Of a DNA stretch of 34,852 nucleotides, positions 1 through 8,603 are shown piece by piece. Each line of letters opens with the position of its first letter. The first letter of the stretch is position 1. The position numbers were made by a program, and so were the translations under genes. The notes beneath the pieces were generated by a model. That model saw nothing but the letters and a program-made list of their open reading frames with translations. It ran no database searches and was not told the origin of the DNA. The stretch comes from Deinococcales bacterium (GTDB taxonomy: Bacteria; Deinococcota; Deinococci; Deinococcales; JAAFIG01), in the NCBI GenBank assembly GCA_043778225.1, contig JAYWGM010000030.1, forward strand, positions 1-34,852, in the 5' to 3' direction.

Positions 1-91
1 CGTTTGGATACCATGATGGCATCAAAGTTGCACATGAAAAAAGACGATATGATCATGAAATGAGTAAAAGGCAATCGAGAGTTAGGGAAAC

Positions 92-439
92 CTAGAGTGT
101 GTATAGTGTTTGACAACCATTATGATGTAATTCGATTTGGTGATACCATTTTGAAATCAAACCACTCTGACCATCATCTACTAAAACATATGATTGCTTC
201 TGGATTTGCTCAGATGGGTCTATCCGAATTCTGATGCTTTGCCGACCAAGGGGAATCAATCCAAATAAATACATTGTTGCTGCATAATCAGTATCTGCTT
301 GCCATTGAAGCGGAAATGCTCCAATGGCAATAAATTTAATCAGTGGTGCAGCCACAAAATCAAGTAGTGAAGGGCTTTTTACCAAATCCAAAACTTGTTC
401 AATTGGTAAATCCAACAAGGTACACCGCCGTAATTTCAT
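92..439 (-). CDS. hypothetical protein, possibly SRPBCC/ligand-binding-like; may be C-terminally truncated
   Basis: 115-aa ORF whose ATG overlaps the ATPase stop (ATGA at 436-439). The sequence 'LFGLIPLGRQSIRI...DDGQSG...W.H.I' resembles small SRPBCC-like proteins. AT-rich and contains no CTCGAG. Confidence 0.55.
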   Translation of the reverse strand: MKLRRCTLLDLPIEQVLDLVKSPSLLDFVAAPLIKFIAIGAFPLQWQADTDYAATMYLFGLIPLGRQSIRIRIDPSEQIQKQSYVLVDDGQSGLISKWYHQIELHHNGCQTLYTL

Positions 440-2640
440 TTTTCACCCCTTGTTGGTTTGAATGCCAGTAAACGCAGCGCATTGGCGGTCACAATTGCAG
501 TCGCGCCAGTATCCGCCAAAATTGCCATCCAGAGTGTGGTGTATCCAAATAAGGTTGTGACCAAAAAAATCGCTTTTAAGCCCAGTGCAAAACCAATGTT
601 TTGCCGAATGTTGCCCATCACGGCTCGAGAAAGTTGCACCAAATCCACCACCCCCGTCAGGTTAGAGCGCAAAATGGCAGCATCGGCTGTCTCGAGCGCC
701 ACGTCTGTGCCAGAACCCATGGCAATCCCGACATCGGCTTTGGCAAGGGCTGGGGCATCGTTGATGCCATCGCCAACAAAAGCAATTTTATGGTTCGTGG
801 CGTACTGGGTCATTAACTCGAGTTTGTCTTCGGGCATCAGTTCGGCTTTGACTTCTAAGCCAAGTCCATCGGCAATGGCTTGTCCTGTGCGGGCATTATC
901 GCCAGTCAGCATGATGCTCAGTATACCCATGGCTTTAAGTTGTAGCATGGCTTGTTTGGCATCGGGACGTGGCTCGTCACGGATGGCAATAATACCCAGG
1001 GCAACACTACCCTCGAGTAAGACCACCACGGTTTTACCTGAATTCTCGAGTGCCATAATTTGAGTTTGTAAGCCAGTCTCGAGCGGTGCAAGTTCTGAGG
1101 CGTACTTTGGGCTACCAACAGCAAAAACACGGTTATCCACTGTAGCAATAGCAGCTTTACCCTGAATGGCTCGAGCCTCGGTGCTGGTTGGAGCAGCAAT
1201 CCCCTGAGCTTTGGTGTGTTCTAAAATGGCTTTGGCAAGCGGATGCGAACTGCTTTGTTCCACACCTGCCGCAAGGCGCAGCATTTCGGATTGCTCGAGT
1301 CCAAAAGTAAAAACATCGATCACAACTGGTTTACCTGCTGTTAGCGTGCCTGTTTTATCAAAAGCAATCATCGTGACGCTACCAACATTCTCGAGCGCAG
1401 CCCCGCCTTTAATCAGTAAGCCACGCCGAGCGCCACTCGAGAGTCCAGAAGTAATCGCGGCTGGCACAGACAGCACCAAAGCACACGGGCAGCCAATCAG
1501 CAGTAAGCTCACACCTTTGTAAATCCATTCGTTCCAAGTTCCAGCCCCAAATAGTGGCGGTAAAATGGCGACCAAGCTCGAGACCAACAACACCGCAGGA
1601 GTCCACATTTGGCTAAACCGGTCTATAAACCGTGCGGTGTTGCCTTTGCCATCTTGGGCTTCCTCGACCAGTTTAATAATTCTAGCTATCGTATTGTCAG
1701 AAGCTGCTTTGGTCACACGGACTTTAAGGGCGGAGTCGCCATTGATGCTACCCGCAAAAACCGAATCGCCAACTTGTTTATTGACCGGCATACTCTCGCC
1801 GGTCACAGGAGAATCGTCTAAGCTCGAGAAACCCGTTTCGATAATCCCATCGCATGGCACTCGAGAACCGGGTTGAACCAGCACCAACTGCCCAACTTTT
1901 AATCGTTCGGCTGGAATCTCATCGGTGTGTTCTGCCGCATGAGCGCCTTGTCCACCGCTATGAATCAGCAAAGCTGTTTTAGGCGTTAATGCCGCCAGTG
2001 CTTTAATTCCCGCCCGTGCGCGACCCGCCGAGATGCCCTCGAGCCATTCGCCAATCATAAAGAAAAACACGACCACCGCCGCTTCTGGGGCTTCGCCAAT
2101 GCCAATTGCACCAATTGCCGCCACACTAACAAGGGTTTCTATCGTAAACGGATTACCGAAACGTGTCGCAGCCCACGCCCGACGTGCCAAGGGAATTGCA
2201 CCAACCACAGTGGCAGCAATGTAGCCATAAACTGCAAGGTCCGAAGCAAGACTGCCAAAGAGCCATGCCGCCAGCAGCAAACCACCTGTTAAAAAAACCA
2301 GTTTAGAAGCTCGAGTGGCATACCAAGCCGTATTTTCTTCGGGAGCATGGACATGACCAGCCGCATTATGGTCTTGAGCATCATGCGCGAGTTCAACATC
2401 CACTTTTAAGGTTGACGGATAGCCAAGGGCTTTAAGGTTTGCCTCGAGCTTGCTGCGTGGTGTTAATTTTTCGTCCAGCACCACGCGCAAAGTTTCGGTG
2501 GTGAAATTGACTTTGGCGTGGCTTGCACCGGGAGTTTTCTCGAGCAGATTCTCGATTTTCTTAGCGCAATTGGCACAATCCATGCCAACAACATGGTACT
2601 CGAGTTCGGGGGTTTTTATATTATCTGAATGAATGTTCAT
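436..2640 (-). CDS. cadA: heavy-metal translocating P1B-2 ATPase (Zn/Cd/Pb, CadA/ZntA type)
   Basis: HMA motif GMDCANC, His-rich linker, TGES, CPC, DKTGT, HP, GDGINDAPAL, Lys in TM7 (LGLKAIF) and Asp-Thr-Gly in TM8 (LADTG). Start placed at ATG 2640 (MNIHSD) because the longer ORF start overlaps the divergent repressor gene. Confidence 0.95.
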   Translation of the reverse strand: MNIHSDNIKTPELEYHVVGMDCANCAKKIENLLEKTPGASHAKVNFTTETLRVVLDEKLTPRSKLEANLKALGYPSTLKVDVELAHDAQDHNAAGHVHAPEENTAWYATRASKLVFLTGGLLLAAWLFGSLASDLAVYGYIAATVVGAIPLARRAWAATRFGNPFTIETLVSVAAIGAIGIGEAPEAAVVVFFFMIGEWLEGISAGRARAGIKALAALTPKTALLIHSGGQGAHAAEHTDEIPAERLKVGQLVLVQPGSRVPCDGIIETGFSSLDDSPVTGESMPVNKQVGDSVFAGSINGDSALKVRVTKAASDNTIARIIKLVEEAQDGKGNTARFIDRFSQMWTPAVLLVSSLVAILPPLFGAGTWNEWIYKGVSLLLIGCPCALVLSVPAAITSGLSSGARRGLLIKGGAALENVGSVTMIAFDKTGTLTAGKPVVIDVFTFGLEQSEMLRLAAGVEQSSSHPLAKAILEHTKAQGIAAPTSTEARAIQGKAAIATVDNRVFAVGSPKYASELAPLETGLQTQIMALENSGKTVVVLLEGSVALGIIAIRDEPRPDAKQAMLQLKAMGILSIMLTGDNARTGQAIADGLGLEVKAELMPEDKLELMTQYATNHKIAFVGDGINDAPALAKADVGIAMGSGTDVALETADAAILRSNLTGVVDLVQLSRAVMGNIRQNIGFALGLKAIFLVTTLFGYTTLWMAILADTGATAIVTANALRLLAFKPTRGEK

Positions 2641-2643
2641 ATG
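2620..2643. promoter_or_regulatory. SmtB/ZiaR-type operator (imperfect inverted repeat) overlapping the ATPase start codon
   Basis: The minus strand reads ATATGAACATTCATTCAGATAAT, a TGAA-N6-TTCA core closely resembling SmtB operators. It lies next to an SmtB-like repressor gene, with a -10-like TATGCT at 2658-2653. Confidence 0.8.
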
Positions 2644-2722
2644 TTTTAGGTTAGCATAGATTTTGACTGCCAACCACAATTGCAAATTGTTTCTCAATAA
2701 GCACTTACGGTAGACTAAGCTC

Positions 2723-3079
2723 GTGCCAAGCCCAATCGAAAGCTGTGAAATTCGCCAAATTAACCCCCAAGCCGTGGCTCGAGCCAGCGCCGCCATGCCA
2801 GCTTTGGCAACGCTTCAAAAAGCAGTCGAAATTCTCAATGCTGGAGCGGATTTAACCCGTTTACGTATCCTGATGGGCTTGATGGTTGGCGAACTGTGTG
2901 TTTGCGATTTAGCCGCCTTGACAGAGGTGAGCGAAAGTGCGGTCAGCCATCAGTTGCGCGACCTCAAAGATGCCAAGTTGGTCAGCAGCGAGCGGCGCGG
3001 GCGAATGGTGTATTATCGTCTCGACGATAATCATGTACGGCGTATCCTCGAGAATGCCATAGACCATGCACTAGAATAG
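2723..3079 (+). CDS. ArsR/SmtB-family metal-sensing repressor (alpha3N plus alpha5 sites)
   Basis: ELCVCDLA and SAVSHQL HTH, an N-terminal Cys, and alpha5 motif DxHx10Hx2E (DNHVRRILENAIDHALE). The GTG start is 6 nt after TAGACT (2711-2716), consistent with a leaderless mRNA. Confidence 0.93.
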   Translation: MPSPIESCEIRQINPQAVARASAAMPALATLQKAVEILNAGADLTRLRILMGLMVGELCVCDLAALTEVSESAVSHQLRDLKDAKLVSSERRGRMVYYRLDDNHVRRILENAIDHALE

Positions 3080-3081
3080 CC

Positions 3082-3279
3082 ATGGCTTTCTCGAGTAAAC
3101 TGGGGCTTATGTGGGTCAGTACCCTTATTCTTTCGATTTTATTGCTGCTTGACCTGATGGTTATTTTTATTGTCGGGGCGGCTGTAACGCAGGGTCGGGC
3201 TTTTGACTGGAATACTTTTTTTGTAACGCTGATTATTAATTTTCTTGGGGCGTACTTGTGGCGCAAAAGCCGCGAATGA
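3082..3279 (+). CDS. small membrane protein (2 predicted TM helices)
   Basis: 65-aa hydrophobic ORF, 2 nt after the repressor stop, whose stop overlaps the next ATG (ATGA). Confidence 0.7.
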   Translation: MAFSSKLGLMWVSTLILSILLLLDLMVIFIVGAAVTQGRAFDWNTFFVTLIINFLGAYLWRKSRE

Positions 3280-4181
3280 TAAAAGCGTACTCGAGCAGCC
3301 ATTACACAATGCCCTTACCAATCGGGCATAAATTTCCGATGCACAAGTATGCGGCTGTGCGTTTTTTACTCGAGCAGGCTGGCTTAGCGGTTCTCGAGCC
3401 ACCGCGAGCGCCGTGGGAATTGGTCGAGCGAGTCCATGACCCTGTGTATTTGCGACAGTTGCGTTTTGGGACACTGCCGAGTAAAGCCATTCGCCTGCTT
3501 GGTTTTCCATGGTCAGAAATGCTGGTCGAGCGGGCATTGCGTGCCACTGGCGGGACATTATCGGCTGCCCAAGATGCGCTCAAACATGGGTTAGGCATTA
3601 ACTTGGCTGGCGGAACACACCATGCGTTTCCCGACCACGGCGAGGGCTTTTGTGTGTTGAATGATGTCGCCATTTGCACCTTGGCGTTGCTCGAGACTGG
3701 CATAACGCGAATTTTTATTTTGGATTTGGATGTTCACCAAGGCAATGGCACGGCTTTTATTTTTAGACACGAGCCTCGAGTTTTTACGCTCTCGGTGCAT
3801 GGTGAGCGCAATTACCCGTTTCATAAAGAAAGCTCGAGCCTCGATATTGCTTTGCCCGATGGCACAGACGACTTTGGCTTTTCGGCGGTTCTCGAGCAGC
3901 GTGTTCTGCCCGCACTGCTGGCGTTTAAGCCGCAATTGGTTTTTTACTTGGCGGGTGTGGATGTGCTGGCTCGAGACCAATTTGGGCGTTTTGGATTATC
4001 GCTTGAGGGTGCAAAAGCCCGCGATGCTCAAGTTTTTAAGGCTTGCCGCACGGCTGCTATTCCAGTCGTCAGCTTGATGGCTGGCGGTTACAACAAAGAC
4101 CCCAACTTAACGGTTCAAGCCCACACCAATACAGTTCTGGCAGCCCTTGATGTTTTTGACGTTATCCACAGGCTGGCTTAA
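3276..4181 (+). CDS. histone deacetylase-family protein (class IV-like / AcuC-type Zn deacylase)
   Basis: HKFPM, NLAGGTHHA, GFCVLND, DLDVHQGNGT, AGVD..D and GGY motifs. Start at ATG 3276 is coupled to the previous stop. Confidence 0.92.
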   Translation: MIKAYSSSHYTMPLPIGHKFPMHKYAAVRFLLEQAGLAVLEPPRAPWELVERVHDPVYLRQLRFGTLPSKAIRLLGFPWSEMLVERALRATGGTLSAAQDALKHGLGINLAGGTHHAFPDHGEGFCVLNDVAICTLALLETGITRIFILDLDVHQGNGTAFIFRHEPRVFTLSVHGERNYPFHKESSSLDIALPDGTDDFGFSAVLEQRVLPALLAFKPQLVFYLAGVDVLARDQFGRFGLSLEGAKARDAQVFKACRTAAIPVVSLMAGGYNKDPNLTVQAHTNTVLAALDVFDVIHRLA

Positions 4182-4321
4182 CCTGTGGATAACTCGAGAT
4201 GGTGCGGACTGAGTGGCTAAGAAAACAGTCAGAGAAGCCGTCAAAAACAGCCTATAGCCATGTTCAACATTTATGTCATGGGCTTGTCAATCCCCAGCCT
4301 TATCCACAGGCTTGTGGATAA
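4162..4321. promoter_or_regulatory. cluster of four perfect DnaA boxes in two inverted pairs
   Basis: TTATCCACA at 4162-4170 and 4300-4308; TGTGGATAA at 4184-4192 and 4313-4321. Confidence 0.8.
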
Positions 4322-4369
4322 CTTTGAGGGCTTTCGCTTTTGGACTGCGGCGCGTTAAACTCGGGTTTC

Positions 4370-7300
4370 ATGGATTACCATTTGCACTTGGTTGGGGCTT
4401 GCGTTCTCGAGCGCGATGCTGTCCCCGTGCCATTGGGTAAACGTTCCAATGCGCTGCTTGCCTATTTGGCACTCGAGGGCGTGACGGCTCGAGGCACAAT
4501 TGCCACGCTTTTATGGAACGAAACCGACGAAGAGCGGGCGCGTGCCAGTTTGCGCCAAGAGGTTTATCGCATGAACCAACTTGGCGAAATCATTCTTAAC
4601 GACCGCCACCATGTCTGGCTTGCGCCCAATGTCCAGCACGACCTCGAGCAGTTTAATCAACGCGAGGGCGAATTTGCGGCAGGCTTAACGCTCGATGAAC
4701 TCGAGTTTGAAGCGTGGCTTGATGGCGCCCGGGCTTTACTGCGCGATAAACGCAGTGCTTTTTTAGAATCCGAAGTGCGGCGTTTAAGTCTGGCACGGCA
4801 ATGGCGCGAAGCGATGTTGGTGGCACGACAGGCTTTGGCGCTTGACCGCTTTGCCGAAAACCTGCACCGCGATTATATTCGTTTGGCATACCTTGCCGAT
4901 GACCGTATGGCGGTTCGCACCGCCATCCTCGAGTTGCGGCGGGTGCTGCGCGAAGAACTCTCTACCTTTCCCGAACCCGAAACCAGCCACTTAATCCAAG
5001 CCATCGAAGAAGGGCGTTTACCCAAACCCGATGCACCACAAAATCGGCGCATCCCGATGACCGTCTTGCGCCCACCAAAACTGGCTGGCTCGAGGGCATG
5101 GCAAGCCTTGGTTGGTGGTGTGACTCGTGGCAAAGCGATGTTTGTTTCGGGCGAATTGGGCAGTGGGAAAACACGCTTGTTATCCGAATTGGCGGCTTCA
5201 CGCAGCGCCCTTGGAGCAAAAGTTCTCGAGTTGCGCTGCCGTGAAACCGAAAGTACGATTCCTTTTGCCGCCCTGATTCAAGCCGTGCGCGATCATGTGA
5301 TGCTCGAGAAACACCTTGGGCAACGCTCGAATTTTCCCGAATTGTGGCGTGGCGAATTGGCGCGGCTGATTCCAGAATTGCGCGACCAAGATGTGGTTTA
5401 CCGCTCGATTGAACAAAGCAGCGAATTTGGCGATGCTCGAGCCAGAGTTTTAGAATCTTTTACCCAATATGCCCTTTCGATTGCTGCCCCAAATGGAATG
5501 CTGATGCTCGACGATTTGCACTGGGCAGACCCCGCCACGCTCGAGTGGCTGAGCTACGCGATACCGCGCTTATTGCCTTTTGGGGTGGCGGTGCTGGCGG
5601 CGTTCCAGAACTTAGAAGCTGGCGCAGCCTTGCGCGATTTAATTTCAAAACTCGAGGCTGGAGGATTAGCCAACCACCTTGACCTCGAGCCATTTGGATT
5701 GCCAGAAATCGAAGAATTGCTGGGCGGCATAGACCGCCGCGCCACCCCACTGGCTTCTGAGTTGTTGCGTGTCACCGGTGGTAACCCACTTTTTATGGTC
5801 GAAACCTTAAAGCACCTGCTCGAGACTGGGCAACTCGATGAACAATGGCAATTGCAGGGTATCCTCGAACCGCCAGAGCGAATCGGGGCGCTGTTGCGGC
5901 GGCGTTTGGAGCGCCTCAGTCCACTATCGCGGCGGGTCTTGAGCATGATTGCACTGCTGGACTCGAGCGACAGTGCCTTGGTCGCCAACACCCTCCGAGC
6001 CGACGAACTCGAGGTTGCCCAAGCGATTGCCGAAGCCCAACTCAGCCATATGTTGCGCGAGGATGGCGCGTTTTCGCACGATGCCCTGCGCCGTACTGCG
6101 CTTGAGTTTTTACCCGAAGCGGTACAACGGGCGCTGCACCGTCGGGCTGCCCAGATTTTAGAAAGCCAAAATGCCGATACCAACCGCATTGCTGGTCATT
6201 ATATTCGTGCCAGCGATGCCCGTTCGGCTGCGCCCCACCTGATTCGGGCAGCCGAATTAGCGCTTGAACAACTCGAGCCAAGCCGAGCGTTGAGTTTACT
6301 CGAGGGTTTAGACAAACAGCATCTTGAAGCCAACCTCGAGACCCGTTGGCGGATTGCCCATGCCGAGGCGCTGTTGGCAGTCAAACGCTACCTCGAAGCC
6401 GAAACCGAAGCTCGAGCCGCCTTAATTTTGGCAAAACGTCAGGGGGATGTGCTGTTGCTGCACCGCGCCAGTTTGGTGCTTTCAGAAGCCTATTTATTGC
6501 AAGGGCAGGTGCTTGAAGTTCGCACAATGCTCGAGCCTTTGCTGCCAAGTTTGGGCTTTGACCATCGACTGAGGGCGCATGGCTTACTCGGTTGGGCAGA
6601 AATCATTCTTGGCGATAGCCCACGGGCGGTCAAAGCCTTTGACCAAACCCTGCCGTGGGGTCCAGAGGCTCAACTGGGGCGGGCATTAACGGCGTGGTAC
6701 ACTGGAAAAACCCGCGATTCGTTACACGCTGCTCAGGTTGCCCTCGAGAACAGCCCTGACGGTTTTAAGCGGGTTCAGAGCAGCCTTGTTTTAGGGGTAG
6801 CACTCTGGACTCGAGGACAATTCAGCGATGCCCTACTAACCTTAAATACCGCCCTTGAGCATCCCGAAGCCTTGGTGCAGCAGTGCCATACAGCCTTGTT
6901 GGCACGTGCGCCAATTTATTTGTCCAGAGGACAATTTGACCATGCCCTCAAAGATATCCAAGCTGTGTTGAACGACCCACAACCGTATCAAATCAACAGC
7001 CAAATTGCCGATGCCGAGAATCAACTTGGGCTTTTGTATGGCTTGTGCGGCAACCTCGAAGCCAGCCTGAGCTATTTTTCGGACAGCATCCGCCGTTGCC
7101 AAACCAACAACGACGCTTCGGTTTTGATACCACGTGGGCTGAGAACCGCAATTTTGGCACTGCACCGCGACCCGCGCCACAGCGAGGCTGCCAAAGAAGT
7201 GCTGCCCTACCTCGAGTCTTCGCCTCACGCCTTGGGGCGTTGCTATGCAGTGCTTGGGTTAGCCGAAAGTGCCTTGGCGGCTAACAATCTGCCCCAAACC

Positions 7301-7594
7301 CTCGAGTATGGACAACGGCTGCTGAGCATGGCACTCGAGTACGAAATGCCCGAAGCTCGAGCCTATGCCCAGCTTTTTATTGGCATCAGTCAACCCAACT
7401 CCAATGCCCTCGAGAGTGCCTTAACCTTGGCTCAAAGCATCGGGCTAACCCTTGTGATTGCTCGAGCCGCGATTGCTTTGCAGCGCACAAGCCTCGCCCA
7501 AAGCGCCCTCGAGCTGCTTTTAGAGCATATTCCAAGTCAATTGCGTGGGTTTGCCGCCCAAAGCGTGGCGGCACAATTGCTGAGCTTGACCTGA
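4370..7594 (+). CDS. SARP/BTAD-domain transcriptional regulator with AAA (STAND-like) ATPase and TPR repeats
   Basis: N-terminal ALLAYLAL...LLW...ASLRQ wHTH, BTAD region, Walker A GELGSGKT, Walker B LMLDDLHW, GGNPLF and a C-terminal TPR-like helical region. ATG 4370 follows TAAACT (4356-4361). Confidence 0.88.
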   Translation: MDYHLHLVGACVLERDAVPVPLGKRSNALLAYLALEGVTARGTIATLLWNETDEERARASLRQEVYRMNQLGEIILNDRHHVWLAPNVQHDLEQFNQREGEFAAGLTLDELEFEAWLDGARALLRDKRSAFLESEVRRLSLARQWREAMLVARQALALDRFAENLHRDYIRLAYLADDRMAVRTAILELRRVLREELSTFPEPETSHLIQAIEEGRLPKPDAPQNRRIPMTVLRPPKLAGSRAWQALVGGVTRGKAMFVSGELGSGKTRLLSELAASRSALGAKVLELRCRETESTIPFAALIQAVRDHVMLEKHLGQRSNFPELWRGELARLIPELRDQDVVYRSIEQSSEFGDARARVLESFTQYALSIAAPNGMLMLDDLHWADPATLEWLSYAIPRLLPFGVAVLAAFQNLEAGAALRDLISKLEAGGLANHLDLEPFGLPEIEELLGGIDRRATPLASELLRVTGGNPLFMVETLKHLLETGQLDEQWQLQGILEPPERIGALLRRRLERLSPLSRRVLSMIALLDSSDSALVANTLRADELEVAQAIAEAQLSHMLREDGAFSHDALRRTALEFLPEAVQRALHRRAAQILESQNADTNRIAGHYIRASDARSAAPHLIRAAELALEQLEPSRALSLLEGLDKQHLEANLETRWRIAHAEALLAVKRYLEAETEARAALILAKRQGDVLLLHRASLVLSEAYLLQGQVLEVRTMLEPLLPSLGFDHRLRAHGLLGWAEIILGDSPRAVKAFDQTLPWGPEAQLGRALTAWYTGKTRDSLHAAQVALENSPDGFKRVQSSLVLGVALWTRGQFSDALLTLNTALEHPEALVQQCHTALLARAPIYLSRGQFDHALKDIQAVLNDPQPYQINSQIADAENQLGLLYGLCGNLEASLSYFSDSIRRCQTNNDASVLIPRGLRTAILALHRDPRHSEAAKEVLPYLESSPHALGRCYAVLGLAESALAANNLPQTLEYGQRLLSMALEYEMPEARAYAQLFIGISQPNSNALESALTLAQSIGLTLVIARAAIALQRTSLAQSALELLLEHIPSQLRGFAAQSVAAQLLSLT

Positions 7595-7607
7595 TAACCT
7601 AAGTGCT

Positions 7608-8492
7608 ATGCAAATACGCATTCTTGGTATTCCAATGGATTTAGGAGCGGGTCGTCGTGGCGTAGATATGGGCGCAAGTGCGCTGCGCTACGCCCGACTT
7701 GCTGAAAACTTGCGCGAACTCGGACACGAAGTCAAAGACCTTGGCAATATCCCCGTGGCAGTGGTCGAAACCATAGACCGCTCGAGTGGCAATGCCCATT
7801 ATCTCGAGGAAATCTGCGCCGCTTGTCAAACGGCTGCCGAAATCCTAGCAAGACTCGAGCCAGAGGTTTTTCCGATTTGCATAGGTGGCGACCACAGCAT
7901 GAGCCTTGGAACGGTGGCAGGTGCATTTCGTGGCGAACGACGCGGCTTAATCTGGGTGGATGCCCACACCGATTTTAATACCCCAGACTCGAGTCCAAGC
8001 GGTAACATCCATGGGATGCCAGTTGCCAGTCTGGTTGGGCTGGGCGACCCGCGTTTAATCAACATTGGCACAATTGGCGCAAAAGTTCGCCCCCAAGACA
8101 TTGTGATGATTGGCATTCGCAGCGTAGACAGCCACGAGCGCCAACTCTTAAAAGAACACGGCATCAAAATTTTTACGATGAAAGACATTGACCGCCTTGG
8201 CATGGCAAGCGTGGCTCGAGAAGCCTTTGAACATTTGGCGCATCTCGAAAAGTGGCACGTTTCGTTTGATGCCGACAGCCTTGACCCAAGCATTGCTCCG
8301 GGGGTTGGAACGCCCGTGGCTGGTGGTTTATCGTACCGCGAAGCCCACCTTTTGATGGAGCTTTTAGCCGACACACAGCGCGTTGCCAGCCTCGATTTGG
8401 TCGAAGTCAATCCTGTTTTAGACCGTGAAAACATGACGGCAGCCCTGCTGGTCGAAATGACCGCCAGTTTGCTGGGTAAAAAAATTCTTTAA
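7608..8492 (+). CDS. rocF: arginase
   Basis: GGDHS, WVDAHTDFN, SPSGNIHGMP, SFDADSLDP, GTPVAGG and VEVNP motifs. TAACCT lies 7 nt before the ATG (leaderless-type). Confidence 0.95.
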   Translation: MQIRILGIPMDLGAGRRGVDMGASALRYARLAENLRELGHEVKDLGNIPVAVVETIDRSSGNAHYLEEICAACQTAAEILARLEPEVFPICIGGDHSMSLGTVAGAFRGERRGLIWVDAHTDFNTPDSSPSGNIHGMPVASLVGLGDPRLINIGTIGAKVRPQDIVMIGIRSVDSHERQLLKEHGIKIFTMKDIDRLGMASVAREAFEHLAHLEKWHVSFDADSLDPSIAPGVGTPVAGGLSYREAHLLMELLADTQRVASLDLVEVNPVLDRENMTAALLVEMTASLLGKKIL

Positions 8493-8538
8493 CATATCGA
8501 ATCATCTATCGGTTTGATTTGCCCTTTGGACTCTCATG

Positions 8539-8556
8539 AAAATTGTGTACAATTTT
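8539..8556. promoter_or_regulatory. perfect 8-2-8 palindrome overlapping a -10 element (TACAAT)
   Basis: AAAATTGT-GT-ACAATTTT, with TACAAT at 8548-8553, upstream of the gene at 8604. Confidence 0.45.
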
Positions 8557-8603
8557 TTCTTGCACCCTCGAGAGACCTCGAGTGGATATTTTTTAGGAGA
8601 ACT

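Noticed and set aside
2641..2796. N-terminal extension of the ATPase ORF to 2796
   Set aside because: It overlaps the divergent repressor gene and its promoter; ATG 2640 fits the HMA domain start.
4161..4193. 12-bp inverted repeat as a simple intrinsic terminator
   Set aside because: There is no U-tract, both arms are exact DnaA boxes, and a second pair lies nearby.
4370..7594. STAND/TPR protein as an Avs-like antiphage system
   Set aside because: It has an N-terminal wHTH-BTAD regulator architecture, no nuclease or other effector domain, and no defence neighbours.
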